Of a stretch of DNA of 64,000 nt, positions 59,441 through 64,000 are shown piece by piece; position 1 is the first letter of the stretch; every line of letters begins with the position of its first letter. The position numbers and the translations under genes are program-made. The notes under the pieces are model-generated. The model did not search any database. It saw only the letters and a program-made list of their open reading frames with translations, and was not told where the DNA came from. This stretch comes from an uncultured Chloroflexia bacterium (GTDB taxonomy: Bacteria > Chloroflexota > Chloroflexia > Thermomicrobiales > UBA6265): positions 1 to 64,000 of the forward strand of contig CAVRUC010000012.1 in the NCBI GenBank assembly GCA_963724295.1, given 5' to 3'.

Positions 59441-59776
59441 TTAGGCCGTCGATGCGGGCCGGCGGCCGACTGTTCGCAGATGCTGGTAGAACTCCGCCAT
59501 CAGCGGACCGAGACGCTCTCCGGCCGCGTCGAGGGTGACCAGGGTGACGCCCGGTTTGCCGACGTCGGAGCGGGCGCTGATCTCCCCGGTGACGCGGGGC
59601 AGGATGCCCTCACCCTTGCCCATCACGAAGACCTGGTTGGGCCGGCCGGTGCGCCCGGCCCGGTAACCCCGCTCGGCGAAGAAGGCGATCGCCAGGTCCA
59701 GGACCTCGCCCGGTCGCAGGCGGCTGACCGCCTTCTTCTGAAAGGCGGTTCGCTTCAGCTCCTCGTCCTCACCCAT
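59441..59776 (-). CDS. Hypothetical protein
   Basis: Operon-like position after the MBL hydrolase; host-like codon usage. Confidence 0.7.
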   Translation of the reverse strand: MGEDEELKRTAFQKKAVSRLRPGEVLDLAIAFFAERGYRAGRTGRPNQVFVMGKGEGILPRVTGEISARSDVGKPGVTLVTLDAAGERLGPLMAEFYQHLRTVGRRPASTA

Positions 59777-59789
59777 CACCCATCACCCA

Positions 59790-60488
59790 TCACCCCGCGT
59801 CAAATGACTCGCCGGGGCTGAGGATGACGACCCGCGTGTCCGGAGCGCGCTGCGCCACCTTGGTGCGGAACGTCTCCGGGTCCTGCCGGATCGGTGGGAA
59901 GGTGTTGTAGTGGCAGGGGATGACCGTCCTGGCGCCGACGAACTCGGCGGCGCGGGCGGCATCGTCCGGACCCATCGTGAAGTGGTCGCCGATGGGCAGG
60001 ATGGCGACGTCGATGCCTTCGTCTCCGATGAGACGCATGTCGCCGAAGAGGGCAGTGTCGCCGGCGAAGTAGAAGCTGCGTCCGCCGAAGCGGACGATCA
60101 AGCCGGCTGGAATGCCGTTGGCGACCTGGTTTTGGCCATCCGAATAGGATGAGCTGTGCCAGGCCGGGGTGAACTTGACCGTGCCGCCGGGGAAGGCGAT
60201 GGTGCCGCCGTGGTTGCCGCTGACGACATCCCGCACGCCCTGTGACTCCAGCCAATTCCCGAGCTCGACGGTGCAGATCACCCGGGCGTCGTTCCATTCC
60301 GCCAGGTCGACGGTGTCCCCGACATGGTCGTTATGAGCGTGAGTGAGCAGGATCGTACCGGGCTTGAGCGACTTGGGATCCACCGAGGTGACAGGGTTGT
60401 CCTCGATGAACGGATCGATGGCGACGACATGTCCCTCGTCATCCTCGAGCAGGAACGCCGAGTGCCCGATCCAGGTCAGTTTCGGCAT
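59790..60488 (-). CDS. Metallo-beta-lactamase fold hydrolase (UPF0173-like)
   Basis: WIGHSAF, IDPF, THAHNDHVGD, YFAGDT, LPIGDHFTMGP, IPCHYNTFP. Confidence 0.92.
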   Translation of the reverse strand: MPKLTWIGHSAFLLEDDEGHVVAIDPFIEDNPVTSVDPKSLKPGTILLTHAHNDHVGDTVDLAEWNDARVICTVELGNWLESQGVRDVVSGNHGGTIAFPGGTVKFTPAWHSSSYSDGQNQVANGIPAGLIVRFGGRSFYFAGDTALFGDMRLIGDEGIDVAILPIGDHFTMGPDDAARAAEFVGARTVIPCHYNTFPPIRQDPETFRTKVAQRAPDTRVVILSPGESFDAG

Positions 60489-60563
60489 CGATTCCCTCCG
60501 GGGCTATTGGGTCATCGCGGCCCGTTTGCCGCACGAGGTCAGTATGGTACGAGGGGGTTACGC

Positions 60564-62168
60564 CTACCCCTCGTACGCGACCCGCCCATCAACTACCGTC
60601 ATCTCGATCGACAGCGACGGCAGGTCTTCCGCTGGAATAGCACGTGGATCGCCGGAAAGCACAACCAGATCCGCCAGCTTGCCGGGGGTGATGGTGCCCT
60701 TGATGCCCTCTTCAAACGACGCGTACGCGCCGTGGAGGGTAAACATGCGCAGCGCCTCCTCGATGGTGACGCCTTGCCCCGGCCCCATGCGCTGCCCGGT
60801 TTGGGTCAGCCGGGTGACCGCCGAGCGGAGATTGACCAGCACGTCGCAGTCGACCACCGGCACGTCGGAGGAGCCGACGGCGACGATGCCGCGATCGAAC
60901 CAGGTGCGGCCGGGATAAGAGCAGGCCAGCTGCTCCGGGGTGAAGTTGCGGATGTAGGAGTCACCCAGCTCGTAGATGAAGCTCGGCTGGGGCACCGCGA
61001 TGATCTCCAGGCGCACCATGCGGTCGATGATCTCCGGCGTGCACATCCCGCAGTGCTCGATGCGGAAGCGATGGTCGGCTTTCGGCGCCTTGGTCAGCGC
61101 CTGCTCGTAGGCGTCCAGGATCATGGTGATGGCGCGGTCGCCGATGGCGTGCGCTGCCAACTGGAAACCGGCGGCGTGGGCGCGCGCGAAGCGCTCGTTC
61201 AGCCCCTCCTGATCGTAGATGGTGATGCCCCGGTTGCCGGGATCGTTGACGTAGTCGGTCGTCATGGCGGCGGTGCGACCCCCGCCGGAACCGTCCTGGA
61301 AGAGCTTGGCGGGACCGATCCGCAGCCAGGCGTCACCCCAGCCGGTACGCATCCCCAGCCGGGCCAGCGCGTCGAGGGTGTCGTCGATGAGCATCATGGT
61401 GAAGACGCGCACCGGCAGCTCCCCGGCCGCCAGCAGCTCCTGATAGGCGGCGAATTCGTCCGAGGTGCGGATCCTGGCCTCGCCGACGCTGGTGATACCG
61501 AAAGCGAGGAAGCGCTCTCCGGCCGCGCGGAGAGCGTCCTTCAGTTCCGCCCGGGTGGAGCGGGGGATCTGCTCCTGCACGAGAGCCATGGCGGTCTCGC
61601 GGAGGAGGCCGGTCGGCTCGCCCCGCTCGTCACGGTCGATCTGCCCGCCCTCGGGGTCCGGCGTGGTCCGCGTGATCCCGGCCCGGGCCAATGCCGCCGA
61701 GTTGGCGACACCGAGGTGCCCGCAGGTGCGGGTCAGGAACGCCGGGCGGCCGCCTGTCACGTCGTCCAGCTCCTGCCGGGTCGGGTGGCGGCGGACGTCG
61801 AGGCGGCTGTCATCGTAGCCACGCCCTTGGAGCCAGCCATCGCGGACGGTTGTGGAGGTGGTCGCAGCCGCGGCCCGGAATGCCTCCTGGAGGGCGGCGA
61901 GTGTGGGGACAGTTCCCGGCCGGGCGTCGATGAGGCTGAGACCGAGACCGTAGGAGATGGGGTGGGTGTGGTTGTCGTTGAACCCCGGCAGGAGCGTCCG
62001 CCCCTCGAGATCGACGACCCGCGTCGTTGGCCCCACCTCATGCCGCACCTCATCGTTGCTGCCAACGCGCGCGATGCGGTTACCGACGATCGCCACCGCT
62101 TCGGCGGTGGGCCGCGCATCATCGACGGTGATCACGGTTCCGTTCAGTAAAACGAGATCAGCGGACAT
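60564..62168 (-). CDS. Amidohydrolase 3 family (YtcJ-like)
   Basis: LPGFNDNHTH, KLFQDGS, HAIGDRA, RIEHC, GSSD, GKLADLVVL. Confidence 0.93.
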   Translation of the reverse strand: MSADLVLLNGTVITVDDARPTAEAVAIVGNRIARVGSNDEVRHEVGPTTRVVDLEGRTLLPGFNDNHTHPISYGLGLSLIDARPGTVPTLAALQEAFRAAAATTSTTVRDGWLQGRGYDDSRLDVRRHPTRQELDDVTGGRPAFLTRTCGHLGVANSAALARAGITRTTPDPEGGQIDRDERGEPTGLLRETAMALVQEQIPRSTRAELKDALRAAGERFLAFGITSVGEARIRTSDEFAAYQELLAAGELPVRVFTMMLIDDTLDALARLGMRTGWGDAWLRIGPAKLFQDGSGGGRTAAMTTDYVNDPGNRGITIYDQEGLNERFARAHAAGFQLAAHAIGDRAITMILDAYEQALTKAPKADHRFRIEHCGMCTPEIIDRMVRLEIIAVPQPSFIYELGDSYIRNFTPEQLACSYPGRTWFDRGIVAVGSSDVPVVDCDVLVNLRSAVTRLTQTGQRMGPGQGVTIEEALRMFTLHGAYASFEEGIKGTITPGKLADLVVLSGDPRAIPAEDLPSLSIEMTVVDGRVAYEG

Positions 62169-62180
62169 ATATACGCTCCG

Positions 62181-62210
62181 AAGTCGGTAAGTCGGTAAGT
62201 CGGTAAGTCG
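62181..62210. repeat. Short tandem repeat (AAGTCGGT) x3.5
   Basis: Directly visible. Confidence 0.85.
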
Positions 62211-62256
62211 TGGGTGTGGTTCTCTTCCTTAGCCGTCTAGCCGTCTTTCTTACGAC

Positions 62257-63033
62257 TTACGACTCACGACTCAAGGCCTCCATATTCTTGACCGCCCGCA
62301 GGGCCTCGGCGATGGGGTCGGTCGGATCGTCCTGTTCGATGATCCACCAGCGGGCGCCGGCCGCCTCCGCCGCCGGCAGGATCTCCTGCCAGCGCAGAAT
62401 GCCCTCGCCTGCCGGAATGGCGGTCCGTTCCGGACCGGGAGCCATATCCTTCACATGGAGGAGCGGCACACGACCCTGCAGCTCGCCCAGCAAGTGCGCC
62501 GGATCGACCCCGGCGTGCGCGGCCCAGTAGACGTCGACCTCGATCCCAACCAGATCGGGGTCGGTCTCCTGCACCAGAACGTCGAACAAGGTGCCGCCGT
62601 CACCGTCCGGCAGCGGTGCGAACTCGAAGTCATGATGGTGATAGGCGAAGCCAAGCCCGGCCTGCTTTGCTTCGACGGCCCAGCGGTTGAGGTCGGCGGC
62701 TAACGACCGCGCGAAGTCCACGCCGCCTCGCCGTTCCACCGGCACAAAGGGCACGACGGCGTACTCCCCGCCGAGAGCGACGATATCGGCCAGTGTCGCC
62801 TCAGGTTGGCCCTCCCAGGCGGTGAGGGGCACATGCGACCCCGCCACCCGCATCCCCAGCTCGTCCAGAAGCGCCCGTAGCTCCGGAATCGGCATGCCGC
62901 CGTAGCCGGCGAACTCGACGGCGCGCGCCCCGCCCTCGGCCAGTTGCCGCAGCGTGCCTGGAAAGTCATTGCGCGCCGGCTCGCGCACGGTGTAGAGCTG
63001 CACGGCGATCGGGTTCTCCGGCCGCACGATCAT
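62257..63033 (-). CDS. Sugar phosphate isomerase/epimerase (AP endonuclease 2 / IolE-like)
   Basis: VQLYTVR, VEFAG, YHHHDFEF, EVDVYW, LHVKD, IEQD. Confidence 0.92.
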   Translation of the reverse strand: MIVRPENPIAVQLYTVREPARNDFPGTLRQLAEGGARAVEFAGYGGMPIPELRALLDELGMRVAGSHVPLTAWEGQPEATLADIVALGGEYAVVPFVPVERRGGVDFARSLAADLNRWAVEAKQAGLGFAYHHHDFEFAPLPDGDGGTLFDVLVQETDPDLVGIEVDVYWAAHAGVDPAHLLGELQGRVPLLHVKDMAPGPERTAIPAGEGILRWQEILPAAEAAGARWWIIEQDDPTDPIAEALRAVKNMEALSRES

Positions 63034-63354
63034 TGCGTTCCTCCTCGTGGGTGATAGGGTGCTCGGGTCATAGGGTGATAGGGAGCTGCGGATGCAATTA
63101 TCCGTTCACGCACCTCTCCCGACTCCCGACCTCCCGACTTCCCGACTTCCCGACTAGCCGTCTACTCACTACCGTGCCCGTATTCGCCAATCGGGGCGCA
63201 TCATACCCGCTGCGAAGGGGCTGCTTGGCGAGGCATCCTCCCCGATTTGCAGGTAATCGTCGAAAATCCGCTCATCGCGGGCGACACGGCGTTCGCGCAA
63301 CCCATCGAACAGCTGGCTCCATACCAGGAGCCCCAGGAGCGCCCTGTGCAGCAG

Positions 63355-63771
63355 ATGACCCCGGACGAGACCCGCGCTTTCCTGCTCGAGGGGACGCGCA
63401 CCGCCGCGCTGGCCACGGTTCGTGCTGATGGCCGGCCTCACGTCGCGCCGATCTGGTTCACGCTCGATGGCGACGATCTCCTCTTCACCACCGGTGAGAA
63501 CACGGTCAAAGGCGCCAACCTGCAGCGCGACGGACGGGTGGCGCTGATGGTCGATGATGAAGAACCCCCTTTCGCCTTCATCACGATCGAAGGAGACGTA
63601 AGTCTCTCAGACGACCTCGGCACGATGCTCCACTGGGCCACCCGGATCGCTGCCCGCTACATGGGTGAAGGTCAGGCCGATGCCTACGGTAGACGCAATG
63701 CCGTCCCCGGCGAGCTTCTGGTGCGGGTCCGCCCGACGAAGATCGTGGCCATCAAAGGCGTCGCGGACTAG
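63355..63771 (+). CDS. PPOX class F420-dependent oxidoreductase
   Basis: LATVRADGRPHVAPIWF, KGANLQRDGRV, RNAVPGE. Confidence 0.9.
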   Translation: MTPDETRAFLLEGTRTAALATVRADGRPHVAPIWFTLDGDDLLFTTGENTVKGANLQRDGRVALMVDDEEPPFAFITIEGDVSLSDDLGTMLHWATRIAARYMGEGQADAYGRRNAVPGELLVRVRPTKIVAIKGVAD

Positions 63772-64000
63772 TTGGTAGGTGGAACGAAAATAGACCTGGA
63801 ATCGGCGTTCACTCATTCTGCTGCTCCTGGAGCCAACTAGGTGGAGCAGCTTCGTCATTTTCCCAGGATGGATACTCGATAATAAGGGGCTGTGTTCGCC
63901 GTAGAACTCTGAACGGAACTTCGTCCAACTCAATTATCACCGGTTCCGTCTCAACGATCACTGCGTTGTCTGCGGCTGCCGCAATGATTTGATGTACCTC

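Overview
GC-rich bacterial window, probably Chloroflexota (Thermomicrobiales-like). This is an inference from the MDxxRFDxL-type Tat leaders, the ATPase-TPR-LuxR regulators and the F420-type enzymes. Scattered single-base frameshifts suggest an unpolished long-read assembly and are densest in the first ~10 kb. (1) 0.4-11 kb is a defence-like island: MORC/GHKL ATPase with a C-terminal restriction-like nuclease domain, SPPY DNA methyltransferase, then ECF-like sigma factor / small HTH-like protein / ImmA-IrrE metallopeptidase / NurA-like nuclease / HerA ATPase sharing a repeated TGTCGAA motif, then a DUF429 nuclease and an OLD-nuclease remnant. (2) 11-16 kb: an LLM oxidoreductase whose 3' end is duplicated around a tandem Sm-like gene, hemerythrin-MarR, and a decayed PIN module. 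(3) 16.4-23.5 kb: cobalamin riboswitch and candidate NrdR boxes ahead of nrdA, nrdB (class Ic signature) and metE. (4) 23.5-30.5 kb: regulators, aminotransferase, ABC exporter, YceI. (5) 30.7-34 kb: stressosome rsbR-S-T-T2-X preceded by a histidine kinase with an RsbU-N-like domain. (6) 38-57 kb: secreted, Cys-rich and membrane genes, six of them preceded by an oriented CCCGTAC-N3-GTACGGG box, with one intact and two truncated LuxR regulators. (7) 57-64 kb: ordinary hydrolases. No rRNA, tRNA, CRISPR array or intact transposase was seen.
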